The notes below the pieces were generated by a model that worked only from the letters and a program-made list of their open reading frames with translations, did not search any database and was not told the DNA's origin. Of a stretch of 64,000 nucleotides of DNA, positions 24,401-38,493 are shown one piece after another. Both the position numbers and the translations under genes were made by a program. The stretch lies in assembly GCF_000181795.1 (NCBI RefSeq), contig NW_003526943.1, forward strand, positions 4,181,228-4,245,227. Direction: 5' to 3'. The DNA comes from Trichinella spiralis. Lineage: Eukaryota. Within the stretch, counting starts at the first letter, position 1. Each line of letters starts with the position of its first letter.

Positions 24401-26656
24401 TTTAGACAAAGAAATGTAATTGCGTTACAAATTACAGATTTAAAAATGCGTTGAGTTTAAGGTTTGATTTCAAAATGTTTATATTGTTACTAAAACAGAT
24501 GTGACAATTCATTTGAAACTAGCTTAAATGGTCATACTTATGCATGATTTGACGCAAGCAGTTTTGTATTGATATATATGCATGACATGTGAAGCAGTTC
24601 AAAGGTTCTGTATTAAAATATCATCATTATTTGTATTTCATACTGCTGCATCTCACATGTGATTGTGCTACAGGTGGACACATTTTAAGTTTAGCAAAAG
24701 TTTAGACATCCTAGCAGATTTCTAGTTATTAAATGACTTTTTGCATATATATTGGCATTTACTTTATTATCACTTATAAATACGATCAAATTGAGGGTTT
24801 CATTTTACAGTTAGTGAAAATAAATCAGTTTGATAAATTGATATCCAATGTGACCTTTTTCTTCGTATCTTTTATGCATAAAGTGTTTTATAGAGTTGGA
24901 AGTTTTTTAAGTTGAATGACCAGCTGTTAAAAAAATTTTTAATTGCATTTTGAATGTCTGTAACTGGGTGCTGACGTCTTTTCAAAACTTTTCAAATTGC
25001 TAGTAAAGAATCGAATATAGACAATTTTATCATTTCAAGATTATCTTTTTAAATTTTTTTTCAATTCTACATTTTGAATATTTAGGATATATTTTATATG
25101 CATTGTGAATAATGGATATGCTGTTTTGTTGATTATTTCATCATTTTGAGTTCAGTTCAGTTTTAAAATTTGCACATGCATGCCAACAATGCAAATGTCC
25201 AAATAAATGCATGCATTATAAATATTTGTTCAAATGCATTGCACTTTATTAGAAATTTTTATCTGACAATTCCACTATTCTACTTAATTGATTCTGTTTA
25301 ACAATTTTTGAATTATTATTAATATCTGAATTATAATTTTTATTATTTGAAAGAGAATTATTTGAAAAAGGAAAAGGAAGGATCGCATATAAATTATTGG
25401 AGAAAATTGTCAACGAATTATAGAGGAAAGTTCTACAAATAAAATGCAGCTTACAAAAAAAGAGATTTTCTTCCTCCTAAATTAAAAGAATTTTTTATAC
25501 AAGAAATGAAATTATGTAATAATAAATAAATAATTTGATAACAAGTTCTACTCTGAAATAAAATGTTAATCGATTTTGAAAAGTTTTATTTAATATAGTT
25601 TTACTTCTAATGAAACTTTTTTACATGTTTAAAGATTTTAATATGCCAGCTTATGATAAACATGAAATTTCGTTTCTCATAAACGGCTTTCAGCATCTGA
25701 ATTCTTCAGAAAAAAGTTCTATTTTTTAAATTAAAGGAAAAAGTAAACTTTATAAAAACAGTCCTCTAACGTGTGCTTGAAACTAATTGAAATTGGACTG
25801 GATTCATTGAAATAATTTTTATGAGTTCCAGGATTATCTGCTACGCGGTTATTGCTGTACTTTTGGACTGTATTGATAAAATCTTTGTTTAATAAATCAA
25901 TTTTATAATGATGTCAAAAATAATTTTCTTCATTTAAATATTGCTTTTTCTGACATTAATATTGAATTTATATTATTATCGCATCATAATTCCATGAATA
26001 TTGCAATTCTATGTTTAGAATTGTACAAATTTCTACAATTTTCATCTGCTAATTCATTTAATTCTTACACACTTAAACATACTCAATGGTGAATTTTCAA
26101 AATACAGCTTCATTATTTTTTAATTTTTATGTTTTTGGTTGCATTAATTTTAATGAGTTTAATGCGTGTCTTTTAATAAATAAATTTTAATTAACCAAAA
26201 CATGAAGCAATAATTTTCTATTCCTTTTTATCTGTCACTGTACCTTATATTTTCATTGTAATTACAGTTTAAAATATTTTATTTCCAGTAAATTTCAACA
26301 GAATGATGTTCGACACGCTGAATTTATTTTTTGTGAAAATGAAGAAAGTGCAATTTTTATTTATAATGTAATCAATGGTTGTATGAAATGAAAAAGTTAT
26401 TATGCTTTGAATGCACGGGTGGTGATTAATTAAAATTTGTGGTCTTGATGGACTAGCTGCAACTAAACAGTTTAGTATAATCTGATAACTAAGAGGATAT
26501 GGTTATTCATTTTTAATGTTTATTGCACAGGTATAATGATCACAAATAACATTTCAGAATTTTATTTGAAGTTAATGCATGTAAACGCAGCGTACTTTCA
26601 TTTAGTTAACATATTATGAGCATTTGGCCTTCTGTAAATGGCAAATTAATGAAAGT

Positions 26657-26775
26657 ATATTATATTATATTATATTATATTATATTATATTATATTATAT
26701 TTTATAAAAATTTATATTTAATTTATCTAATTTATATATATATATATATATATATATTTATTTATTTATTTATTT
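26657..26775. repeat. Compound microsatellite (TATAT)n/(TA)n/(TTTA)n
   Basis: Direct read. Confidence 0.85.
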
Positions 26776-29648
26776 AATTTATATATTTAATTATATTTTA
26801 TAAAATTATAAGCTATGTCAAATTTATAGTTTGTTTTCACTTTCATTTAAGCGATAATTTTTTTAATAGCATATTTCTGATTTTTGTATAAATTTTAAGC
26901 TTAATTTTTAAGCACTCAATGAATGTGTAAAATTGGAAATTATTTAGCTTTCTCTTGTTCTGCAACCTTCACGCCTCTGAGTTTTCCAATTACCGGAAGT
27001 TCAGCTATAGCATGGACAGGGATACAAGGACGTTTATGCATCCCTACTCAGACAATCAGTCTGTATTGTAATACAACTACCTAGTAAAGGTCACTGTAGG
27101 CGGTTTATAAATTTTAAAAAAGCAGCTTTAGGGATTGACAACTGTGTAAATGGAAATTTTATTTATTTAACCTTCCTTTCCTCTTCCTAAATGTTGTCAT
27201 ATTTAGCATTATATTTTATCAAAGACTTTTGAGTGTCTCTCAGCAGCGCATTTGTCAAGTTTTTGTCTTATTTCAAAAAGGCATATTTAAATGGTATCTG
27301 ATGAAAATTTAAAGCACCCCATTTCAACGATTTTTTTGCAATTTATCTCTTATATATTAAATATTTTCAGCGTGGAATGTACTGAAAGTAAAAATGCTTT
27401 AATTCAAAGTTGCTGTTAATTTAACATATATAAATATATTTTAAAATTTATAATTGTGATATTAATTAATTAAGCGTAATGTTGATTCACTTATCAGAAT
27501 AATTAATTGGAAATTTAATTATATAATTATTATTTATTATTTTAAGCGTTTAAAAAGACTATTATATTATGAAAACATTTTTTCTTGCATAATTTTTTTT
27601 CAAAAGCATCATTTTAATCTTAAATGTTCACTCAGTATTACAGTTACTTTATATCATGCTCTTTAATGGCTTTCACATATTTCTAGCTTTGTTAATCATC
27701 ACATTTCATCTAAATTGTTTGCATAAGCGAAATTTAATTTATAAAACTTTTGTATTTCTTGCAGATAATGTAATAAAATTCCTAAGTATTGTAACGTCAT
27801 TGTAACGTAACTGTGGCATTCTAAATGCCTTTTCAATTTCAAGAGAATTAAGATTTAAGATTATTCAAATCTCAGCTGAAAATCTTAATAATGGATGAGG
27901 AAATATGTGACTTCTCTAATTGATTGCTTTGCAAATCTTCAGGGGTTTGATAAAATCAGACTGAATAATCCCTTGATAATTTCCATATTAACAAAATAAT
28001 GCAAGTTTTATGTCAATTTGTGCATTTCATTTATGCATGATACTTATCACTTTTGATATACTGTCATTTTTAGTTTTTTGAATGTGTTAATTTACATAGT
28101 CAAAAAGGCAATTACTATTTTGAAAAAATTTATATTTCAGCCATTCATCTTACTCTCTATAAAATTTAAGAAAATTTGCATACGTAATTATTAATATACA
28201 TTTTAGGATGCGTCGTGATCCTTTTAAAAATTTTCTATTATATAAATAAAAAGGAAGTGGATTTAAAGCAGTATTTTAAATATATCTTTAGATGAACAGC
28301 ATAATTATGATTTCATTGCATTGGCACACCCTTTAAATGAAGTGAAAATGTTAAAAATTTAGATGCATTTGAAAGCTAGTTTGACGCCAAATGATGCAAA
28401 CTTTCAACGTTACTTTTACATAAATAATTTGCATTGCTACGTTTATGTTATTGAAGTTGATTTGGTAATTACGACTATTATGGTAAAGATTAATTATTTA
28501 ATTTAAAGATGTCAGTTACGTTTTGTATGCGCTTATCTTTCTGATAAATGTGACTTTTGCCTTTTGAAAGTAATAAACTGAATTGTAAATCCTAAAATTT
28601 TTAATTTTGCATCTGCTTGAGTTTCTGTGAGGTTAAATAAATATCAGCGTTACTTTCAATACATGTAAAAACTTAGATATATGTAGGCTTTATGCTAAAA
28701 GAATCCAGCGAATGAAAAATATTCTTTCGACATGTCAACTCAGACATGTTTTTGTAATAGACGCCCTGGCTAGCCAGATTACGTGGCAGACAGACGTCTA
28801 GCCAAAACTTATGTACCTTTGTGTTGTGCGTTTATACAAGACCAGACATTCCTGATGTAGAAAATGAGCGAAGCAAGCTTTAAGAATTATCATTCAATAG
28901 CCGTGGTTGATGTAAGAGAAGCACTTAACCTTTGCAACAGTTAACTTGATTACATTGGTTATCCTTATAGCGTGGCTAACTTTTGTCTGCCCAATTTGGC
29001 TCATCTATAAATGAGACAATTGTTTTTGGTCACTTTATCATATTTGCAGACTGTCTCGTTGCACATGTAATGACCTCCTACTGTTTGCTTTGTTTGGATT
29101 TTTCTTCCTTTGTCGGCCTCTGCATTCCATTTATAGCAGGGGGCATCATACCACGCCTTGTTAACATGAGATCACTAGGACGCTAGCACAATATGCACCA
29201 TCGTTTGATTGGAGGTATGATTATCAAATCACTTTTGGCGTGGTCGTTTTGTCAGCCAATCAGATTCTGAATTGTCTCCATGCAGTGGTTCAAATGCAGA
29301 CGTTGAATGATTCAGGTTTCATTTTCCAACTAGTTCATAGTTCTGCAAGGTAGCTTACCTTCTGATCAGATCAGGTCCAAGTTAACACAGCCGCTTTCTG
29401 TTGACTATTTATTTGCATCCACTCTTTGTTTTCCTGCTATCATCCCAGGTTTTTCTCAGCTGCGACCACGTTTGCAAGGCCGTAGCTCAGACCAAACATC
29501 TTCAATAGCAGTACTGATAAGAATAATAACCGTTGACAACAGCAGCAGCACAAGAGCAGTACAACAATAACAGAGAAACAGCAGCAGCGATAGCAAAGAA
29601 AAGAGAAAAACGAAAAATACTCGAACTCAAATACAAACTCTGCAGCTC

Positions 29649-32600
29649 ATGTTTGCTTTATTTATTCTTCTGCTAATTTCTATATCGCATGACATCAACG
29701 GGTCATCTTTAACTTATTTGAAAGTAAGTTTGAAAACTTTTTAAATTCTTTTCAGCGTTTGCAAAATTTTAAATCGAAAATGAAAGATTGCAATGTTTTG
29801 AATTTTGCAGTAAAGTAAACTCTGATGGGGATAGATTAGGTAAAATTGTATATTGGGAAGAATGCTTTTGGGTGGAATTCAAATTTTCCACGAACAGAAA
29901 AGAATCAGTGAAAATTTTCTGTTTCTGCTTCTTTCATCTGCATTCAATACTGCTGACCTAGCAAAAGTGCAGCTAGCAAATTATTATTATATGCAAGTTG
30001 ACACACATTATTTCGTCGACAATCTGGTATTCTTTTTGAAAAATGAAAACAACCCAACAGATGAGCAATTCTTGACAAAGCGGAAACACTTCTGTGGTCG
30101 TAAAATTGAAAGCGATGTTTAAGAAGTGGCCGACATCTGCAAAGATTGCCTTGAAATTGACATTGCATCATCTGGAAAAACGTTCCTGTTCAAATCAATA
30201 AAATGATATTCAATCATTTGCAAATCTTTTAAGTGCCGGTCGTGTCAAATATTTTTTTTTAATTGAGCATGACAATCGGCGAAGCGTGCAGTGATCTTAG
30301 TTAGGATGTGTTTTGAAAGTCTCTATTTTTAACTTTGCCTTTTGATGTTGAATTTACGATTTCCTGAATTTGTGAAATGTTGAAACTAAATTTAGAACTG
30401 ATTTCAGAGAAGCATTTGATTTTGAAGATGAACTTTAAAAGAACTGATATATATTAATGCCGGCAGGAAAATGAATTGCTGACACATGTTCTTTTGCTCT
30501 ATGATAATGACTATTTTTGAATAGTCAATTCAGTTGGGAAGGTACTATAATAAAAGTGCTCGTAAAAAAATTCAAAATTTGCTACTGTTCTGCAAAATTA
30601 TCCCTTTGCTTTCAACATTTCACCGGCAATCACTGCTGGTGCAAAATTTCAACGATGAAAAAGGTACATCATCACTGAAATGTAGTTGCTGGATAGCTTT
30701 TTGCATTTTGAAGAATAATTTTTCTTTGTCGAACTTTGAGCAGCTGTTCGTTGTTGAAAGACGCAACGTTGTTGTGGACCGTGTGAGAGATGATAAAGTG
30801 AAATTATTAATTCTTAAAGTTCATTTCAACATTCATCATTTATTAGTTAATCGAAAAAAGGAAAGGAACATTGTCAGTTATTTTATATTCATCTGAGGGG
30901 AACAGTATTTTTATTGTTTGAAGCTATGATTTTGCAAAGCAACTTTTCTGACTTGATAGAAATTATACTGACAATTTAAAATTTAACAAACTTTTAACAA
31001 TTCTTTTTTTCCTGTTGACGTAATTGCACAAAAATAGTGTGTATTAAATGGTAGATAATATATTCAGTCACACTTATGTGAACACTTTTATTAGTTTGCA
31101 AAAGTTAAAAATTAATCAAATTACGGAACAACGAAAATGTCATTCATCATTATATAATACCTTTGCAAGTTAAAACAGTTCTGACTGCTTTACTTGATAT
31201 TAATAATACAGAATGTTGCCTTGAGAACAGTTTGCAACTAGTGTGTAAACGGGGAAATGGGGGCGGAGAAAATTCAATTTTGTTTTGAGCTCTGGATTTG
31301 ATTAAATTGTGGCTTAATTTTGCCACCTCTCGTTTGTTTCAACCATGGTCATATCGAAATTGGAAAGTATTGATTATTATTTCATCATAATGAAAAGCCG
31401 TGGGCAATTCAACTTTTCATTAATGCAATTAACTCGCATTTATTTAAGGACGTCATCAGTTGATTAAATTTCATACATGCCACTGAAAATACCTGATGTA
31501 ATAATATTACGATGAGTCATGTGAAATGTATTAAAATGTCTGTTTTATGATATTTTAGAAAACGCTGCAATAATTATTAGAAATGTTTGCATTTTATTTT
31601 TATTACTCATCAAAGTCAATGCATATAATTGATTTGCTTTTGAAAATGTTTTCAAATTGTTTTTATCTTATGTTGTTTGTGAAATACTTTTTACCAGAAT
31701 ATATGGATAAAAATCATCGACACTGGTTTTAGTAATAATGAAAGTATTAGTAATGAAAAAAAAATATATTTATGCATGTATAAAATTTATCATTTTTTGA
31801 AAAATTATTTGTCAAATCATTGCTAATTGTTGCTGGTTTTAGAAACTGCTTCACGGGAAAGCTCCTTATGATTCAATAACACCAATTCAACCGGGTAAAG
31901 CGATATTTTTTGCTTTCAACCGTCATTACTTTTTAAAGATATTTTATCACGGTTTCAGTAAAGCTTCTCGAGCAGCCTAGTATACACATATCATTGTTAC
32001 CAAACAGCGTTCTTACCGTGGAAGGTACTCCGGTCAGTTTACACTGCGCAGCCCATGGTGTTCCAACACCGGTAATCTACTGGAAATTCAATGGTGAATA
32101 TTTGCCACAAGGCAAATTAGAAAAAGATCGTCCAGAAATGGAGCTGTTTATGAACATCGGTCAAAGAACATTGCAGAGTTCAAATACAGCTGGTCAGCTT
32201 GAAATTGACTGCATTACTGTTGATCAAGCCGGAATTTATGAATGTGTAGCCAATAATGGAATCACAGAAGTCAGTGCTAAGGCAGTAATTGCAGTAAAAG
32301 AAAGTAAGAATGTCATTTTAATATGATGTCTAAAGGGTTATGTTAGATTTCACTCTGTTTTGCTTGCTACTTGTAAATAGCAATGAAAAGGCAACTTTCA
32401 GATACTCCGCAGAATTCAATGTGCAGCAGTGACGGTGAAGTACCTCCAAAAATATACATGTGGACAGATTTTCGTATTGAAATGGAAGATGCTAGTGTAC
32501 AATTGTTTTGTCGCGCTAAAGGAAATCCGATGCCAGAGATTCAGTGGTTTACAGGAGATGGAAAGCGTATAATCAATGATAATCAATTTCAGGTAGTATT

Positions 32601-32917
32601 GTAATGTTATTTACAGTACTGTCTGTTTAATATTAGTTAACATTTATTTTTTGGTCATATCAGTTTGTTAAACTTAAGTTTTTTTGTTGATTAATTTTGT
32701 TCGCAGATTCTGAAAAGTGGAGATTTACTAATAAAAAGAGGAAATTGGAAATTGGCTGGACTATACATTTGCAAAGCAATTAATGAGCTGGGAGAAGACG
32801 ATATTCAGACGTTTTACTATCCTACAGCTGTATGTGTCGTGTTAATTCTATTAAGTTATTTTCTAAAAGAATTATTTTTAGAATACAGAAGAAAAAAGTG
32901 GAAATGAAAAAAAATAG
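29649..32917 (+). CDS. Secreted two-Ig-domain protein, ZIG-2/3/4 / Imp-L2-like
   Basis: Exons 29649-29723 (signal peptide MFALFILLLISISHDING), 31843-31894, 31959-32303 (Ig1 LHCAAHGVPTPVIYW...GIYECVANNG), 32402-32592 and 32707-32829 (Ig2 PPKIYMW...LFCRAKGNP.P.IQW...GDLLI...GLYICKAIN...TFYYPT), 32882-32917. No TM segment. Confidence 0.85.
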
Positions 32918-33189
32918 TCTCCGCCTTACCAGTGCTTGAGAAAATTGTTTCTGCCGAAGCACTTGTTGGGAAACTGCTAATTATGTAACGCATATAGGAT
33001 ATTGGAATTTAATAACACATTAAACGCAAAATGAATAACGTTTTAATAATATATACATATATATATATATCTATATATATATATATATATAGTACAGAAT
33101 GCTCTGTAACATAGAAGTTTACTGAAATAAATATGCTTGATGTTGCCTACATTTGCAACAATTGCTGAATTGATGATTAATAAAAGAGT

Positions 33190-33441
33190 TTAATCTTCAC
33201 TTGCTTTCCATATGTCAACATTTAGTTTTCGGTTCGGGTCCATAGTTCCATTGCTTGAATGATTCTCATGATCTTGGTTTTCGGTCATTTTCAACTTTTC
33301 TTCAATTTGTTTTTGCAGTTTTTCCAGCTTGATTAATGTCATGGATTTTAATGGCATAATTTTTGGCTTGCAAAACACAACATCCAGTTTGAATTCATCA
33401 AACAAAAGCCCAGTATTTGATAGGAGACTATCTGAATTCAT
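33190..33441 (-). CDS. BBIP1: BBSome-interacting protein 1 (BBIP10/BBS18)
   Basis: Single-exon 83-aa ORF with GLLFDE...VVFCKPKIMPLKSMTLIKLEKLQ, matching BBIP1 '[29 protein letters not shown]'. The upstream X-box supports a ciliary gene. Confidence 0.88.
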   Translation of the reverse strand: MNSDSLLSNTGLLFDEFKLDVVFCKPKIMPLKSMTLIKLEKLQKQIEEKLKMTENQDHENHSSNGTMDPNRKLNVDIWKASED

Positions 33442-33463
33442 GGCTATAATTTAAGTTGATTTG

Positions 33464-33477
33464 GTTGCCATGGTAAC
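33464..33477. promoter_or_regulatory. X-box (RFX/DAF-19 binding site)
   Basis: GTTGCCATGGTAAC fits the X-box consensus GTYNCY-AT-RGNAAC, 23-36 nt upstream of the BBIP1 ATG. Confidence 0.85.
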
Positions 33478-34393
33478 GATTCAAAATCTATGGAATTTCT
33501 GCCATTTTTACAGTAAGCTTTAATTGTTAATAAAACATATTTTATAAAATAAAAAAATAGTTATAGAAAAAATGATACATATAAAAAAAAGGTATATTCA
33601 TTGATGATTAATAATTTTAATAACATTCTTCTTTACTTTGAGATTGTTGATGTGCTGTCATGTTGCGATCATATTTACTCAATATAATCAATATAAAATA
33701 TAATTTAACCAGGAAAATATCTGAATTCAATTTCTTCATTCAAAAAGTGAAATAATATAATAACAATAAAAGTAAATATCGATGGGACAAAATAAGTTTG
33801 CCCAATTTTTTTATTGGTGAATTATATTAAGTGGCAAAGCATTTAAAATTAAGAAAAAACTGCCAAAAGTGAATTAAATCTTTATAATAAATGAATCAGA
33901 GCAAATAACTGTGAAAAAACATCCAACTACTGTATTATCAGAAACAGCAAATGCTGTCATAGTTACATAAAATCAACAGAGCAATTATCATAATTAGAAG
34001 CTTCATTTGTCAAAGAAAGGTACTTTATTACCAAAATGGGTTGCTTTAAACACTAACAAAGTGTACATTTATGACTATTTTTATGATCATAATGTTATAA
34101 TAATATGATGATTTAAAGCAGTTATTTAAATTAAGTGTATAAATGTATTTAGAAAGTGTTTTAAAATTGAAATCTGAAAAACATTACACACAGACATAAT
34201 TACAAAAACTACATTTTATGTTTTAAATAATTTTTAAGTGCAAGCAAAAAAAATAATTTACCATTATAAATGAAATGTCAGTAAAGGAAAAATGCTAAAT
34301 TTTAAAAAATGATTATGGATGTCCTTTTATTGTATTATTTTAGTTCAGAACCCAAATCTGCTTTATATTACTCAAGTAGTGAACACTGTAGAA

Positions 34394-34875
34394 CAGTGGT
34401 TCTCAACCTGGGGGCGCGCCCCCCTAGGGGGACGTGGGAAGGTTCCAGGGGGGGGGGCGTGAGAAGTTAGAATTTTTAGTCCTGCATAGGTGTTAGAAAT
34501 TCAGTTTAGTCTACTTCAGGCTAAATTTTTGCCAACTTTTCTTCCTGGTTATCTTAGTTCGTACCTTTGTGAAACGGGATTCTCAGCACTTATGGCACTT
34601 CATACGCATTTACAATGTACCTTATCACCCACTGCCCCAAGAATATACAACATCGTCACAAATAACATTGTCAGTACTCTCATTAAAATTTTATTGTGAA
34701 TCATTCAGGAATGTTTTACTGTAGAAACTAGGTTGGCTTGATGCAACCATGAAGCAAAAATTTGCTTTTCGTACACAGAATACATACAGGAATACTTTTT
34801 TTAGGGGGGGGGGCATGAACTGCACAACTTTCATTAAGGAGGGGGGCGTGCGTTTACAGGAGTTGAGAACCACTG
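34394..34875 (+). mobile_element. Non-autonomous hAT (Buster/Charlie-type) element, 482 bp
   Basis: TIRs cagtggttctcaac...gttgagaaccactg. Perfect 8-bp TSD ctgtagaa (34386-34393 and 34876-34883) with central TA. Internal remnant 'SSYLCETGFSAL' of the hAT dimerisation domain. Confidence 0.92.
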
Positions 34876-37800
34876 CTGTAGAAAGTCATTCTTCATTATT
34901 GCAAGTCTCACTAGCTCAAAAAAGCAGAATAGAACGTAGTAAGCCAATGCAAACGCAAATGTAAAACCAAAGCACTTACGTATGTAGCTGCACCTTATTT
35001 TTTTATTTTTGGCTGCACTCATTCTGAAATTCAACCATACAGAAGTCCATTACTTTGGTTAATTTGAAATTTTCAATGCAGTACTGACTGCTGCTATTAC
35101 AACTGTTGCTTAAACTAATTCTGTCATATTAAAGTTAACGACTTCTTATCTTTGAAACATTATTACTTTCACTGTCATTGCTGTACTGCAGCTGATTCAA
35201 TTTTGTTGAAGACTACTGCTGTAAATTAAGAAATATTTTCAAATTTGCTGCAGATGAACCATTTTTCATTTTTATGTTGCAGCTGCTGAAGCCATGCAGA
35301 AGTCCATTACTTCAGTTTTATTGACACCCTTGAGTGGTGGCGTGGGGTCTGATTGACTCATCATCGTTAATGCACATTTATTGATGTTAGACCAAATTTT
35401 TTCAGCTTTTTCCAGTAATATTATATACATTGTTGTTTTTGCACTGTGCTTTTTCTTCTTGCAGGTGGAAATTCTGATTTAATTTAAGCTGCAAATGTTT
35501 GGTTTTATCTATATAGCAGCTGACGCTCATCTGTTGTGAACGTGAAAATGGTCCTTTATTTTCAGAGTTCGTAAATGGCATTTGCTTTTGTTCACAAGAA
35601 CAGATTCTGTGAGTGACATTTCTAAACTTTTGTGACATTTTACACTAAATAGTGGAAAATTTGCACAAAATAAGGGAAATGATACTAAACTTAGGTCCAA
35701 ATTCGCATTAAATAATGCACAAAAGAGCCAATTATTATCTGTCACAATCAAGGAAAAAACACGTAGCCAAGAAATAAACTATAGCGACTGGTCAGTTTGA
35801 GAGAAAATTAAATAAATGAGGAAAATGTATGAGAGGCAACTTCTCAACACCAGTGGCAAATATGATCGCGCCAAATGACAAGAAAATTCTGTGACCATTT
35901 CTAGGAAGATATGAAAAACAAAAGCTGCCAAAATTTTGGCATTCAGCCAAAACAGAACAAGATATAAGGGATCGACTAGAGGGTTAATGAACTCAGTATA
36001 CCTTAGAAACCATAATCACTGTTATACAATAAATGTTGTTAATGCTACTGTGATTAGTAAACATCAGAAAACTAGAGAAAGAGAATCATTAAAGATGAAT
36101 AGCTGGTGACCGGCTGAAACCAAGAAACAATATCATCACCTTGGCGTACCAGATGCGAAGGCTAGAAAGGGTTAATGCTACCAAGGCGTCATTTCCATTC
36201 CAGGTAAAGTCAGTAGGTTATTCCACCATTTTCTTTTCTTACAGCTACTGCAGAAATATCTAGCCTGTAATAGTGATACCATGCAAGTACAGCTTGTGAA
36301 ACTTTAAAATATGAACATTGAAGAAAATGCTGCAAATACAATTCTTTTCTGAATACTCATATTCTGTAAATTAACAAACAATTTTCTCATTTGTTACACA
36401 GAATTTACACCAACAGAGCAGTCATATTTAATCCTCCATATTTGTTCCCATATGCCAAACAGCTTTAGCTGCACAAATAATTTCAATTTATTATTATTAG
36501 CAAGCGACGGAACGTACAAAAGATGTTATTATCATTAACGACTACAGCAAAAATGATTTTCAGGAATCAGAAGTTGAAATGAAATAAAAATTTTTTATTA
36601 TGAATGTAATGTACAAAAAACATTATATATTTCTAATCATCTTTAAAAAACTTTTAATTTAAATCTCTTCAAGCATACCAATACAAAACAATCAGCTCTA
36701 CAACAAATCTAGACAGAAGATGAAATGCAGGATAAAATAAATCAGGTTTCTTTTGTTTTCTTTCACCTTCAGTAATCGCTTTCATTTGCATAAAAATGAT
36801 TCATAAATAATTCTTATTTCTTTTTAGTTTTAAAGGAATTACTTTTGAATCTTCAAACAATAAATTTCTATGTTACATTTTCAGAAATGTGAGAAGCGTC
36901 AAATTGCTAAAAATGTTGAAAATTGTTTTTATTTATTATACAAGCAGTGACTGTAATCTTTTAGATTTTATGTTATGACAGTAATTAGAGGGATTTCTAT
37001 GTAATATAGTGATCTAATGAAATTTTATTTCATTTTGCTTTACCTTAATATGAAAATACTTCTTTATTTATTCATTTTAATTTTAATGTAAATTTGCTTT
37101 ATATATTTGAGATTCTTGAAAAAAGTTTATCTTTTCAAATATATTATTTATATATTCATTGAGAATGCAAATGTTGCATTTTAATCTGTCTTTTCATTAA
37201 ATCCTCTGATAAACAGTAAATTGTGAATGTATACACTATAAAATGATACAAAGAATCACTTAAGTAATAACCTGAACTAAATGACTTTAAATTATTTTGC
37301 TAAAAATTAGTATTTTCATCTTGACTTGAACTATGTGAATGCAATACAATTGAACAATTAAACAGCATATAGCATTAATAAGTATATTAAGGTTTACTAA
37401 TGAGCATGCTATATATCTTGCGGCCTAATTTTTTACTTAAAATATGAAAATTGAATTTAAGGAAATTTGAAATAAAACATATTGCAATTTTAGCATTGTT
37501 AGGTTATTTCTGTATTTATTTAAAAATAGTTTGAGTACTTAGACGTTTAAATTTTAATTTTCAATAGTTTGCGTTGCATCCCATTTATATGATATTAAGC
37601 CAAGGTGATATAAAGTGTTAAAATTGCATCTGTTTGTTTTAGAATTAAAAAGTATTTAAATTAAAAATGAATACTGCTGTTTAGTTATTTTAGTCTGGAA
37701 TGAGTGTCACATCTTAGTTTATGCAGTTGAAAGAAATTAAATTTAAATCAGTTATTTCAGAAATGATTAATGAAATTATGCAAAATTCTTTTTATTATAA

Positions 37801-38493
37801 ATTAAAGCGTTTCTCCATTTTAGCAAAAAATACAAAGTTACAAATTAATATTTTTTACCTTGAAAATTTTTCTTATTTTAGAAAATTTAAAAAGCTGGTC
37901 ATTGGAAAATAACACACCTTAATTTTTACTACATTAAAATTTTTGAAAATTTTCAGAAACGTTTTAGAAATTCTATAAGAAAACAGCCTCTGAAGTACTC
38001 AAAATGTGTTAGATAACTTCTAATCTTTAATTATACGTAAAAAGATAATCCGGACTAAATCTTAAAACTTTCTTGTATTTTGTATCTCTGTGTATATATT
38101 TCCAAATGTGGGATGCATATGTATACTGATTACAAGATTTACAGTGAGATGTTTAGAATATTATAATAATATAATTAAATTTATTAAATATAAGTAATAA
38201 ATATTATAATAATTTAAAATAGTCAGAAATAGCAATGCATTTCAGTCTTAAAAAATGTTTTGCTTTGGTTAAAATGTTTTGAAGTTTGAAAATAATTACG
38301 ACATAATAATACATCAACCAAGCATAATTACAGGGTTGTTATGGCTAATAAAATGAGAATTAATATAACTGAAATTAATTCGAGTGAATTGTATACCATT
38401 TTACACAAAAATATTCTGAGTATAATTTAACTAGAATGTACACTCGTAGAAACATTTCAACCCATTGCAAAAAGTTAGAAAAGTAAATATAAA

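Noticed and set aside
35975..36176. Two piggyBac-like right ends (ctagagggTTAA, ctagaaagggTTAA)
   Set aside because: No matching TTAAccct left end or transposase remnant found nearby.
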